The translations under genes and the position numbers were made by a program. DNA of 64,000 bases from the IMG/VR virus record IMGVR_UViG_3300032770_000001, positions 391,709 through 455,708 of that record; one strand, 5' to 3'. Under the pieces are notes generated by a model. The model saw only the letters and a list, made by a program, of their open reading frames with translations, did no database searches and was not told where the DNA came from. Shown here piece by piece: positions 44,933 to 54,721 of this stretch (positions within the stretch are counted from its first letter, which is position 1; every line of letters begins with the position of its first letter).

Positions 44933-47778
44933 CAGAAAAAGCTCCCACAACGAGTACACTCTAACATCCCGGCGACTGCCGCGACCTTTTTCCCCTGTGT
45001 ATTGTTGCAGTTACCGCATTTTGATCCAACACGGTGCTGAGTGCCTTCAAACCACTCATTGGTGTACTCTTCACCCAGTTCATCCCACAACTGCTCCATA
45101 CCGATTCCGGCATCCTGAGCCTGTTGCAGCATAAATTTGTCTTCCATGAACGCAGCTTTGGCTTCTTTCTGAACGTCGCGGACCTGATCCATGAAATGTT
45201 CGTCTTGCTCATCCATGCGCATCTCTTCGCCGAGGTCGGCGGTCTTGCCAGCGACCGAAGTCATCGTGAGAAGACTCGATTCCAATGAATCCGCTTCTCC
45301 TGACGGATTGAGATTCGGATCAATCTGACCGTTCGAAGGTTTCTGCTGCGGTTGAGCAGGCTGCGCAGGGTTGACACCTTCCATCACTTCGTCCTGAACG
45401 TTCTGGTCGATGTGACGACGCATGTCATCGCGTTGTGGCAGGAACTTCGGAGTTTCATGGAACTCAATCGACTCAGCCGGAGGAACAACGGCTCTTTTAT
45501 CGAGCGTGTCTGCGGTGCGCAGGGCTCTCAGCAGCGAACCGAGATGGCTACTGGCAGTCGTTCCCTCTTCATCCTCTTCTCCCTGAAGTATGTCGATGGC
45601 GTTGATATCGCCGCCAATCGGCACACCCGTACCATACGTCTTGGTGATGGCTGATTCTTTCTCATGCGGTGGATCAGAAATCTTTTTGAATTTGCCTTCG
45701 CAGTTTGCGCAGGAGTCAACTTCTACCGTGGTTTTTGGTGCTGAGCAACGGCAGGTCTGCACGCTATGGCAGTTCTTGCACACGATGCGTTCATGATGAT
45801 GTTCCGCATGTTTGACACCCAGATAACCTTCACTCCCGTCATCCTGACCCAATGCTTTCTTGAGTTCACGGTGGAAAGTTTTGGCGTATGTTGCCATCGA
45901 CGATTCTTTCGGTTCTGCCTTTTCGGGCTCACCCTTTAGGGCTTCAACCGGGACATCGATATTGCCCCCAGCCTCAGTAAACATGGTGTCATCATCACCC
46001 TCGTTCTCTGCGCAGCACGCATTCGGAACCACGTGCATACCCCAGAACGAACACCACGACTTGCGCCCTTCCGGGTCTTCACCCTGAGCTTCGCTACCGT
46101 ATTCGCAGCGGTGACAACCGAAACCTTTCACGTGCGGACGCTCAGTATACTTGGCGTCTTCCTTCGTGAATTTGTGCTTCATCGGTGCGTCAGTTTCGGG
46201 GTCGCCCAGATGATAGAGACGGCAGGAGCCCGTCGTGAAACTGATCGGGCCATTTACACGGGCGCACTCATCGGTGCCCCGGCGCATATCGCAGGTACCG
46301 CACAAGTAGTTGCCGCTCGGATCGAACGGCTTAATCGTGTCAGTGTTGTCGCTCTCTTCCGCATACTGAGCCCAGTCTTTTGCCTCTTGGCGAACGTGCG
46401 CTTCGTGCTCGAAATCGTATTCACCCGTGTCTGGAACGTTGCCTTCCTCTTCTTCAGAAGCATCAGCCTGTTTCTCAACATCCTCATCGGGACGAAGAAC
46501 CTGCCCTTCCGTGTCGGGACGCACAATACCAGTAGCTTGATCGACTTTATCTCTAAAAAGGTCGGACGGAGATGGACGGATCGCACCGGACTTGGTGACG
46601 GTCACATCACTCTGACTGCTGTAACGCTGGGAATACAACTTACGCTGCTCCTCGGTCGGTGTGGCTTCCTTGGCTTTGATGGCGTTGCTCAGCACGAACC
46701 ACTCGGCTTGCATACCACAGTAATTGCTCTCTTTCGGACGGAGGCGGTTGCGTGCCGTGCAAATGTCGGCGAGAGCCACGCCTTTGATCTTGCCTACGGT
46801 CTGCCAAACGAACCCACGGTTTTCGGCGAAGTATTTGGCGGTGTCCCAGTTCGAAGACCACGATGTGACTTCACGATGGCTCCCAGTCCACGTCGGGATT
46901 CCCTCGTTGTGATACTTCTCGTTATACTCCCCGTAGTACCCCGGCTCGCCGCGATACAAGCACTTGCCTTGCGTCCACTGATTCGGTACGAACGCAGGAA
47001 TAGTCTTGATGATCGGAGCCAGCTTTTCGATGGGAGCATCAGGGACAGAAACATAGTCGGCGACCATGTTCCAAAGCTCATCGTCATCGGCAATCAGATA
47101 GCAGGCACGTTCGTACTTGCTATTTGGGTCGTCAGCCAGTTCCTTGAACCGTTTGTCGAAATCGCCGCCGACCGCAGCCTTTTTCTTGAGGCTGGCTTTG
47201 ATGCCAATGTCCTTCAACCACTTTTTCTCATCATCAGTCGGATTGTAAGTTTTCTCGTGAACGACGGGCTCAGATGTCGGGTTCGGGTCGTCCATGATCT
47301 GCAACATGTCGGCGAGGTCTTCAGTGTTGCGGCTCCAAACCTCGATTTCGCCCTCGTCGAGCATCATCCAGAACGGCCCGGCTTCGTCGGCATGAACCAC
47401 GATCTGCGTGTCCGGCCACTCCGGGTACGTCCATGATTCCATGCCGCTCAATGAACTCGGAGTATAGCCGTGCGACTGGAGGATGTCCCGCCACACGTCG
47501 TCCTGATATTGTTTGTTCGGATCGCCCTCTTTGAAGAACGTGCCCTTTTCGATAGTCGGCATCTCCTCGACAAGATTGTCTCCGGTGTCGGGATCGGTGA
47601 CTTCCTGCGCGGTAACATTCAGCGCACCTTCCTCAACCTCGGTGCCCTTGCCCATCAATTTACCGTTCTGGGTGGTATAGTCGGGATCGGAATGCCACAT
47701 GCCTGACTGCGCACGATCAGGATCGTTGTACATCTGATTGAGTGCTTCGAGTGCCCGTTTTTGGAAGAGAGGATTCAT
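44932..47778 (-). CDS. 948-aa modular polyprotein with ADP-ribosyltransferase and HiPIP-like modules
   Basis: LYRG...TSWSS...QAEWFV; two CxxC...C...C modules; linkers KRA, KKKAA, KQA, KKA, KHA, RTA, KTA. Confidence 0.85.
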   Translation of the reverse strand: MNPLFQKRALEALNQMYNDPDRAQSGMWHSDPDYTTQNGKLMGKGTEVEEGALNVTAQEVTDPDTGDNLVEEMPTIEKGTFFKEGDPNKQYQDDVWRDILQSHGYTPSSLSGMESWTYPEWPDTQIVVHADEAGPFWMMLDEGEIEVWSRNTEDLADMLQIMDDPNPTSEPVVHEKTYNPTDDEKKWLKDIGIKASLKKKAAVGGDFDKRFKELADDPNSKYERACYLIADDDELWNMVADYVSVPDAPIEKLAPIIKTIPAFVPNQWTQGKCLYRGEPGYYGEYNEKYHNEGIPTWTGSHREVTSWSSNWDTAKYFAENRGFVWQTVGKIKGVALADICTARNRLRPKESNYCGMQAEWFVLSNAIKAKEATPTEEQRKLYSQRYSSQSDVTVTKSGAIRPSPSDLFRDKVDQATGIVRPDTEGQVLRPDEDVEKQADASEEEEGNVPDTGEYDFEHEAHVRQEAKDWAQYAEESDNTDTIKPFDPSGNYLCGTCDMRRGTDECARVNGPISFTTGSCRLYHLGDPETDAPMKHKFTKEDAKYTERPHVKGFGCHRCEYGSEAQGEDPEGRKSWCSFWGMHVVPNACCAENEGDDDTMFTEAGGNIDVPVEALKGEPEKAEPKESSMATYAKTFHRELKKALGQDDGSEGYLGVKHAEHHHERIVCKNCHSVQTCRCSAPKTTVEVDSCANCEGKFKKISDPPHEKESAITKTYGTGVPIGGDINAIDILQGEEDEEGTTASSHLGSLLRALRTADTLDKRAVVPPAESIEFHETPKFLPQRDDMRRHIDQNVQDEVMEGVNPAQPAQPQQKPSNGQIDPNLNPSGEADSLESSLLTMTSVAGKTADLGEEMRMDEQDEHFMDQVRDVQKEAKAAFMEDKFMLQQAQDAGIGMEQLWDELGEEYTNEWFEGTQHRVGSKCGNCNNTQGKKVAAVAGMLECTRCGSFF

Positions 47779-47799
47779 CCTATTAAAGGATTGAAAAGC
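47778..47799 (-). promoter_or_regulatory. Putative late promoter (GCTTT-N12-TAG) abutting the ATG
   Basis: gcttttcaatcctttaatagg-ATG. Confidence 0.55.
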
Positions 47800-47827
47800 A
47801 AAATAAAAGGGCGGTTTTAAGCCGCCC
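47800..47827 (-). terminator. Terminator after the tail tube gene
   Basis: gggcggc-ttaaa-accgccc followed by ttttatttt. Confidence 0.8.
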
Positions 47828-47851
47828 CCTCATTCCGTGCGAAGATCATGG

Positions 47852-48517
47852 TTATGTGCTGTAGAGGAGTGAACGGCCCGTCGAATCGCCGGAGTTCATA
47901 CCAGCGTCGAGGAACTCGCCGTACACCGAGCCAGCCACGTCGAAAATGTCGGTGACGATGACCGTGCAGTCTTCCTGCACTGCGGCGGTATCAGTCGTGA
48001 AGCCCGTGTTATAAGTCTCCATCCAGCAACCTTCGTAAACTGTTGCAATGGCGAAGAGTCCGGGGTTACCGAGGTTGTTCAGACCGCCCTCGTTCGGGAT
48101 GTCTGCCAGAGTCGCCTGACCCACGTTCGGGTCTTCCGATGCAAGCTGCGAGAAGACGATCTCCTGCTTAATGTCGAACGGCCAACGGTGATGCTTGAGC
48201 GAACGCACAGCGCCCGACACGCCAGCCTTGTAGCCGAGAACCTGCATAAGGTTCGCCAGATACAGGCAAGTACGTGTGATCGAGATGGACAAAGGCTGGG
48301 TCACGCTCGGAACGAGTTCCGCAACCTGATCGCCGTATCCAAGACCGCGCACCGGATCGATGGTCTTCGATTCGTTGTAATTGAACGCCGAAGTCACACC
48401 GAGCTTCACGAACTTGCCGACATCAACGGCGTCCGTAAAAATCTTGAACCGCGACGAAATTACTGTCTCGGTGTTAGGCGATGTGCCCTGACGATATACA
48501 TATCCACCTTGGGGCAT
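47852..48517 (-). CDS. Tail tube protein
   Basis: 221 aa downstream of the sheath; ESKTIDPVRGLG..VAELVP, WPFDI, YEGCWMETY; GGAGG RBS. Confidence 0.8.
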   Translation of the reverse strand: MPQGGYVYRQGTSPNTETVISSRFKIFTDAVDVGKFVKLGVTSAFNYNESKTIDPVRGLGYGDQVAELVPSVTQPLSISITRTCLYLANLMQVLGYKAGVSGAVRSLKHHRWPFDIKQEIVFSQLASEDPNVGQATLADIPNEGGLNNLGNPGLFAIATVYEGCWMETYNTGFTTDTAAVQEDCTVIVTDIFDVAGSVYGEFLDAGMNSGDSTGRSLLYST

Positions 48518-48600
48518 GTTTGTTTCCTCCAGCCTCTAAAAAGAAGGCTTCTGACTTAATGACCGCGTAAACGGTCTTTGCGAAATCACCTGCGAACCAC

Positions 48601-48682
48601 TTTAGCGGGTCGGGGCGTTTCCAAACGCACACAAAGTAACGTAACGGTCCTGAGTTCGCGTGCCCGAACCCGACCCGCTAAA
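48601..48682. repeat. 14-bp perfect inverted repeat enclosing two hairpins (candidate structured RNA)
   Basis: tttagcgggtcggg ... cccgacccgctaaa; internal gcgtttccaaacgc and ttcg-cgtgcc-cgaa. Confidence 0.7.
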
Positions 48683-48684
48683 CT

Positions 48685-50214
48685 TTACTCAGCGGCGGCT
48701 ACCAGCTTGAGACCACCGAACACCGAGGACTGCTTTCCTTTGCTGCCCTTGGCATCCTTGATCTTCTCGGCTTCTGCCGCCGACTCTTCCTGAATCTCCT
48801 GCTTGTTGAGGACTTTCACGGCCTCATCAAACATGTCGCCTGCGCGGAAAATGGCTTCAACCGCTTCACGCACCGGACGCGAACTGTTGGTCTGAACCAA
48901 CGGCTTTGCATCCAAATACATGCGCTTCAGCGTTTCGCCTAGCCTTTCCGCCTCCTTCACAGCCTTGCTCGTGCTCATCTCGGCTGCTAATTTGATAGGC
49001 GCTGTCGTTTCTGGACGCTTGATCCCGGTGTTGTCGTCACGCTCTGAGTGCGCTTTCGCGATCTCAGGGACGCGACTTCCACCGTCTGTCACATCCATCG
49101 TGTCTTGATCCTGAACGAACCAAGCACCACCGTTGCCACTCGCAATCTTGCGTGCGATTATGGCAGCCGCGTACTTCGCACCTGCATCAAATGCAGCTTC
49201 GATCTGCTGTGAAGATTCCTTCTTGTTGTGAATTGACCATGCCGTTGCATAGGCTTTGTCTTTTTCGCCGGGGTACTCATCCTTCAGCTTGTGCATGAGG
49301 GATTCGCTGATTCCCGGAGGCGTAACGGCAACCTTTGCCGAGGCGTCCTTCTCATCCTCGAAACCGACGAGGGCGAGACCGCCAAAACGCTTCAGGTCGA
49401 AGATCGGTGACGCGGCCTTGGACGAAGCAGCTTTCGGCGCTTCAGGTGCCACAGGCTCAACGGGGCGATTCTTCAAAATTTCCGCGAGGCGTTCAACCGC
49501 AGCTTGCACGGACTTGTTGGCTTCGAAGCCCTCCAGACCCGTAAGGTCTTTCACTAGCTGAGCGATGAACTCGCTCGGCAGCGACTCGAACAGCGTGTCG
49601 AGAGACCCATCACCAACCGGGCCGCCCGGTGCCGGAGCAGCGGGAGCGGGGGCTGGAGCCGGAGGCGGCACAGGAGCGGCAGCCGCAGGAGCAGGAGGAA
49701 TCGGGGCGGCACCAGCAGCCGGGTCTTCCGCTTCCTTCTTTTTCTTGCGTGCAGCTTCTTTATCAGCAGCCAAACGAGGAACATCAGCCTTTTCAGGAGC
49801 TTTCGGCTGACCCTTCTCGTCACGGTCGGTCACGAAGGCGGAATCCGCTGAACCAGCGGCATCCTTCTTCGACGCCATTGATGGCTTTCCGACTGGAGCA
49901 GTTTGAGTTACCTTTGCGGGGCGTTGTTCCCCACGCCAATTTGCAATCATGTCAACCTCTTGTTTTACTTTCTGTGCGATCTCCGGCGAGTACGAATCGT
50001 CGAGATAGCTGTCAGAGTTTGGTGCTGCTGAAACTTCTTTCAGGTAATCAATCGATGATGCCAACTGATCGACCTTTGGATCATCCAGCCCTTCCTGCAT
50101 CCACTGATTCAGAAGCGATTCACCAATCGAAATCGCATCACGTACAGTTTCAGGTGACGTGAGGATCGTGCTTTTCTTCGTTGCCGCTGCGCGGCGTTCC
50201 ATCAGTTTGCTCAT
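48685..50214 (-). CDS. K-x-A-punctuated putative head/core protein
   Basis: 509 aa; KDAA, KEAA, KEA, KAASSKAAS, KDASAKVA, KIAS, KLAA; KAYATAWSI motif. Confidence 0.8.
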   Translation of the reverse strand: MSKLMERRAAATKKSTILTSPETVRDAISIGESLLNQWMQEGLDDPKVDQLASSIDYLKEVSAAPNSDSYLDDSYSPEIAQKVKQEVDMIANWRGEQRPAKVTQTAPVGKPSMASKKDAAGSADSAFVTDRDEKGQPKAPEKADVPRLAADKEAARKKKKEAEDPAAGAAPIPPAPAAAAPVPPPAPAPAPAAPAPGGPVGDGSLDTLFESLPSEFIAQLVKDLTGLEGFEANKSVQAAVERLAEILKNRPVEPVAPEAPKAASSKAASPIFDLKRFGGLALVGFEDEKDASAKVAVTPPGISESLMHKLKDEYPGEKDKAYATAWSIHNKKESSQQIEAAFDAGAKYAAAIIARKIASGNGGAWFVQDQDTMDVTDGGSRVPEIAKAHSERDDNTGIKRPETTAPIKLAAEMSTSKAVKEAERLGETLKRMYLDAKPLVQTNSSRPVREAVEAIFRAGDMFDEAVKVLNKQEIQEESAAEAEKIKDAKGSKGKQSSVFGGLKLVAAAE

Positions 50215-50222
50215 GTCGCCTC

Positions 50223-50657
50223 TTACACCGTGAAATCAGGCAATGCTGGCACAATCATCTTGGCTCGAAGTGCCATCATCGACTGCTGAATACGACTCAC
50301 GACCACGTTGTACCAAGCAGTCGCAGCCTCAGTCGGATTGGTCGTAATGCAATCCAACGGCCCCTGATTTGGGGCTGGCTGGTTGGGGTTGCTCGCGTTC
50401 GGCAACGCCAACATAAAATTCGCCGTCTGAGAAGAGAGTTGCGTAGTGATACCCACGTACTTCTCAGTCGTCGGGAACTGGAACGTGAACGACGGATTCT
50501 GCGGGTCAGCAAAGCTTCCAGCGATGTTCACCAGCGGATCGCCAAACGCCCCGATCTTCGCAATGTCCGTTGCATCTGTCGGATCACCGACGAATGTAGC
50601 TTGGATCACTACGCTGATGATGCCATTCGCCTGTGTCACAATCGGATGAATCTTCAT
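50223..50657 (-). CDS. Putative structural protein
   Basis: 144 aa, downstream of the sheath. Confidence 0.7.
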   Translation of the reverse strand: MKIHPIVTQANGIISVVIQATFVGDPTDATDIAKIGAFGDPLVNIAGSFADPQNPSFTFQFPTTEKYVGITTQLSSQTANFMLALPNASNPNQPAPNQGPLDCITTNPTEAATAWYNVVVSRIQQSMMALRAKMIVPALPDFTV

Positions 50658-50676
50658 TTCTCAGCCTCAAGTATTC

Positions 50677-50698
50677 AAAGGGCGGCTACTGCCGCCCT
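50677..50698 (-). terminator. Terminator/hairpin after the sheath gene
   Basis: agggcggc-agta-gccgccct followed by tt. Confidence 0.65.
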
Positions 50699-50703
50699 CT
50701 GCC

Positions 50704-53700
50704 TTATGCATTGTTCAAGTTCGTGTTGACCGTGAAGACCACGCTCACATACAGCAAGCTGAAGAGCGGCTGGTAAGTCACAGTAACGTCTGCCTGCGTC
50801 GGATCGACCGGGTCTTGCACGACCGACAGGCTCTTGTAACCAGCGATGATCTGCTGATCCACCAAGCTCTTCAGGCGAGCATTGCAAACCACCTGAATGT
50901 CTGTGGTGAGCGAGTCCAGCATCTTGCGACCGATGAACTGGTTGAGATCGCTGCGGAACACCTGAGCCACGTAGTCAGAGATCGTGGTCGAAGTCGGCTC
51001 GGAAGTGAGCGGGTTCGACGGATCAGTGGACTTGTAATGGCGAATCTTGAGCGAACCATTGTTGTCCAAGATGCAGGTTAAGCCGTCCGCTGCCATCAGG
51101 TCCATCGTCGGATCATCGTACTTGATGAACAGGCGGGTGAACCCAACCAAATTCTGGAACGTCAGCGTGGTCGCCACGTCGTTCGCCGGGTTGCAGTTCA
51201 AACCAGCCATTGCCGCTGCGATGAACTCGCCGGAGACCGGGTACTCGACTGTCACACCCGTGGACGGGTTGGTGATGTTCACACCGGACAGCGGGGTGCC
51301 GATGGCGATGATGCGCTTGTTGGCGATGCTGCGTGCCGATTGACGCATCGAAGCCGGAGTTGCGAACTGATCGTAACCGATGAAGCCGATAGCCTCACCC
51401 TTGTTGCGGATCGTCGCCTGACTCGTCAGGAAGCGGCTGAGGTACTGTTGAACTGTCGGGCTGGTGCTCAGCGGAACGATAACGTTCGCCTTGCTGCTGC
51501 TACCCGGCAGCGCAGTTGCCAGAGACGCGATTGCGTTGATGTAGTCCTGATCGGACGCCTGATTGGTGCCCGGAACCACAGGAACCTGAATGACGCCGAA
51601 CAACTGCACACCGTTCTGCGACATGAACTGGATGCCCAGCGAAACGCGGTTGACCGTGTTCGGCTGACCATACACAGCGTATGCGTCGGCAGGGTTGGTG
51701 TACATCTGGATCGCGTAGTCGGCAGCCGTCTTGTTGCGCGTGTAGCTGACGTAGTAGAACTCGCCCACGTTCGGATCGTTGCCGGACTTCACGAAGGTGC
51801 TCACGATCACCGTATCGCCAGCGGTCGAACCGTAGTTCGATGACACAATCGTCCAAATACCGGGAATCGCAATGCGGTTGTTAGACTCAGCCGGAGCAGT
51901 TCCCGGATTGCCGCAGTGACGGATCGCTGCATTTGCGCCAGTGGCGTCTGCCTTCACAATGAAGTTCAGCACGTCGCCGACTTGGAAGTTGTAGCTCGCC
52001 GGGATGCTCGGCACGCCGTAAGCGGCGTGATCGGCAGGATTGACCACCGTGATGCGGAAGCCAGTGACCTCGTCCTCGTAAGTCTGATCGAGGTAGCCGA
52101 TTGCGGTGCCCTGTGAACCGGAACCCTTTGAATTGGTCGAAGTGACCGTGTAGCTGTGGGTGACCGGAGTCGTAACCGCATCATGGCCGCTAGCCAGCGG
52201 AGTTGCCGCCGTGGTGCTTGCCTGACCGGAGGTTGTACCCGAAGCCACGCATACGATCTGACCGCCGCTGATGGTCTCAGCAGACGGGAACCATGTCTGG
52301 ATCACAGCCAGAGTGTTAGCAGTAGCGTTGCCGTTCCAGTTGGCGTAGATCGTGACCACGTCGCCGACCACGCTCACCGGGATCGCGTTGAGGCTCGAAG
52401 CATCGATTGCGATCTGAACGTTGTTGCCATTTGCACCCGGCGTTGTTGCCGTGAAGGTCAGAGTGCCTGCACCCTGAACGATAGCGACCGAAGCCGGGAC
52501 CGCAGGAGAGATAACGTTTGTACCGTCATTGTTGAAAGTCAGTGTGACCGTTTCATCAACTGCCGCACCAGCTTGCGCCTGAATGTCAGGGAAGTTGAAC
52601 GGATAGACGATGCCAGTCGCTTGGAAGGCTGCGTTCTGCGCAACCGTCGCACTTGCGAAGGTCACCAGCGGCATAACGCGCTGGAGTTCGTCGGAGATGA
52701 TGAAGGTGCCGTTGCCAGCGTAACCGGGCTGAACAACCTCGACCGTATACTGGTGGTCTGACAAGCGGCTACGGTAGTAGCTCGCCCACACACCCACAGG
52801 TTCGAGTGGCTGATTGCTGACGCTCGTTGACGGTGCCGGAGGATTGAACAGAGTTACAGTCTGTGCTGCACCAGCGAGACGGGCAACCTTGACTGCGCCG
52901 TTGAGGAACGCGGTTAGAGGATCGCTGCCGACGTAAACCTGAATCAGGCTGACATCGTCAGTTTCGACTGCCTGTCCGCTGCCATCCACCGGAACATCGG
53001 GGATGGAGTAAACTGTGTTCTTACCGTTGACTGCGCCTGTCAGCGGTTGCAGGTAGACCTTTTCGTCAGCGAGAGTTGCGTTAATCTCGGACGGGGTGAA
53101 GTTCGCCTGCTCGCCAGCGGCAGAGATGTCGATAGCTTCCGTGACATAGGAGCCCCACTGCACTGTGCCGTTACCAGCGGAGTCCTTGCCGAGCACGTAA
53201 TCAGTGCCCTGAATGAAGTCTGCACGATCCGGGCCGAGACCGACAAGCGTGATTGCTTCCACATTGGAATCGGGGAGCAGATCGAACGTGTTCGGCCACG
53301 TGTTGAAGTAGTAGCTGATCGTCAAGGAAGAGGTTGTGCCGCCCTGTGCCGTGGTAGGAGGCACGGGACTCGCCAGTGTGACGAGACCATGCTGACCGTC
53401 GAGCGATGCAACCGTTACCGGGTTGCCATTCAGTTCAACAGTCACCTTGGTGACATCGGTTGTCACGACGCCGCCGTTGGTGCCATCGACCACCGGGGTG
53501 TGTGCGACCTTGAAAACTGTGTTGCTGTTCTGACCGGAACCACCTGAGTATGCGACCGATGCGCCTGCCGTCAATGCCTGCGTTGGCGCTGTCGAAGTAC
53601 CTGCGGTAAGGAACCCGCCGTCCAGCGTCGGGATGCCAGCCGCGATCAGAGTGATGAGGCTTGCAACCGTGCGGAGCGTGCCGTTCGCGTTGCGGATGTT

Positions 53701-54642
53701 GATCGTGACCGCATCCGAACCTGCCCCGCTGACCGCCAGAGCATCAACCACACCGCCCGTAGCCGAAGCTGCGGTCGCGGCATGAGTCTCAATTACCGCG
53801 TTGGCGTTCGCCAAGGTAAGGGTCGTGATGCTCGAAGCAGTGCAAAGGAAGGTGCCGTTGTTTACGGAGTTGGTGAAGCCGGAGACCGTGAAGACATATC
53901 CGGCGAATGCGTTAGCGGCACCGCCAGTGATCGTACCCGTGTAGACTGCGCTCGAACCAACCGAGGCCGCAACCGAAGCCAGCGTGAGGCTGACCGGGGT
54001 GCCGCTATCCACAAGCTGGATCGTAACGAGATTGCCTGTTGCGCCGGGGGTGGAAAGACCGAGAGCGAGAATGTTGCCGCTCTGCGTCTGGGTCAGTGCA
54101 CCGCTGGAATTGACGTACAGGGCCGCTGTGACCGGAACCTGATAGAGCAGGCTTTCCGGCACGTTGTAGGGAGCCACACCACCCACACCGATAAAGGTGT
54201 CGCCACGTTTGAAGAAGTAGTCGATGGTGAGTTCGGTGCCCTGCGGGATGATCTGCTGTGTGCTGAACTGACCTGTTGCACCGTTGAGCGAGATCACTGT
54301 AACTGGGAAGATGTTGCCTGACGAATCAACAGCCTGAACTTGAACCTTGCTCGGATCGTTTGTGACGGTGCCGTGTCCAGTACCGTCTGTGACCGGGAAA
54401 TAGGTCGTCTGGAAGTTGCGGGTCAAACCCGTGACTTGAGGCGTGATATTTTCGTTGACCGCTTCATCATCCTGCACCGCAGAGGAACCACGGAACAACT
54501 CGACGTTGTTCACTGCGAAAAATTGCTGACCCTCGCCAATGATGACGGGTACACGCTGCGTTCCATTCGTCGGAGCCGCGTTCGTCTGAATAATAGTCTG
54601 CGTGTATACTCCGGGCGGGGCATACGATGTAAACAGTGCCAT
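50704..54642 (-). CDS. Contractile tail sheath protein (large, with inserted domains)
   Basis: N-terminal YAPPGVYTQT; C-terminal sheath domain (IAAAMAG, IRHYKSTD, FIGRK, VTVTYQPLFSLLYVSVVF). Confidence 0.92.
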   Translation of the reverse strand: MALFTSYAPPGVYTQTIIQTNAAPTNGTQRVPVIIGEGQQFFAVNNVELFRGSSAVQDDEAVNENITPQVTGLTRNFQTTYFPVTDGTGHGTVTNDPSKVQVQAVDSSGNIFPVTVISLNGATGQFSTQQIIPQGTELTIDYFFKRGDTFIGVGGVAPYNVPESLLYQVPVTAALYVNSSGALTQTQSGNILALGLSTPGATGNLVTIQLVDSGTPVSLTLASVAASVGSSAVYTGTITGGAANAFAGYVFTVSGFTNSVNNGTFLCTASSITTLTLANANAVIETHAATAASATGGVVDALAVSGAGSDAVTINIRNANGTLRTVASLITLIAAGIPTLDGGFLTAGTSTAPTQALTAGASVAYSGGSGQNSNTVFKVAHTPVVDGTNGGVVTTDVTKVTVELNGNPVTVASLDGQHGLVTLASPVPPTTAQGGTTSSLTISYYFNTWPNTFDLLPDSNVEAITLVGLGPDRADFIQGTDYVLGKDSAGNGTVQWGSYVTEAIDISAAGEQANFTPSEINATLADEKVYLQPLTGAVNGKNTVYSIPDVPVDGSGQAVETDDVSLIQVYVGSDPLTAFLNGAVKVARLAGAAQTVTLFNPPAPSTSVSNQPLEPVGVWASYYRSRLSDHQYTVEVVQPGYAGNGTFIISDELQRVMPLVTFASATVAQNAAFQATGIVYPFNFPDIQAQAGAAVDETVTLTFNNDGTNVISPAVPASVAIVQGAGTLTFTATTPGANGNNVQIAIDASSLNAIPVSVVGDVVTIYANWNGNATANTLAVIQTWFPSAETISGGQIVCVASGTTSGQASTTAATPLASGHDAVTTPVTHSYTVTSTNSKGSGSQGTAIGYLDQTYEDEVTGFRITVVNPADHAAYGVPSIPASYNFQVGDVLNFIVKADATGANAAIRHCGNPGTAPAESNNRIAIPGIWTIVSSNYGSTAGDTVIVSTFVKSGNDPNVGEFYYVSYTRNKTAADYAIQMYTNPADAYAVYGQPNTVNRVSLGIQFMSQNGVQLFGVIQVPVVPGTNQASDQDYINAIASLATALPGSSSKANVIVPLSTSPTVQQYLSRFLTSQATIRNKGEAIGFIGYDQFATPASMRQSARSIANKRIIAIGTPLSGVNITNPSTGVTVEYPVSGEFIAAAMAGLNCNPANDVATTLTFQNLVGFTRLFIKYDDPTMDLMAADGLTCILDNNGSLKIRHYKSTDPSNPLTSEPTSTTISDYVAQVFRSDLNQFIGRKMLDSLTTDIQVVCNARLKSLVDQQIIAGYKSLSVVQDPVDPTQADVTVTYQPLFSLLYVSVVFTVNTNLNNA

Positions 54643-54665
54643 GGGTTTTCCCTCTTAAAAATGGA

Positions 54666-54687
54666 CTTCAACTAGGAAGCCCATAGT
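54666..54687 (-). promoter_or_regulatory. Putative late promoter (ACTAT-N12-TGAAG)
   Basis: Upstream of the sheath gene. Confidence 0.5.
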
Positions 54688-54721
54688 TCATTTGTCGTCA
54701 AATCTGCGATTTCTGAGCCCT

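Noticed and set aside
42173-47436. Long plus-strand ORFs 42173..43405, 44266..44964 and 46033..47436
   Set aside because: Mirror frames of the scaffold, protease and polyprotein genes; no RBS or recognisable motifs.
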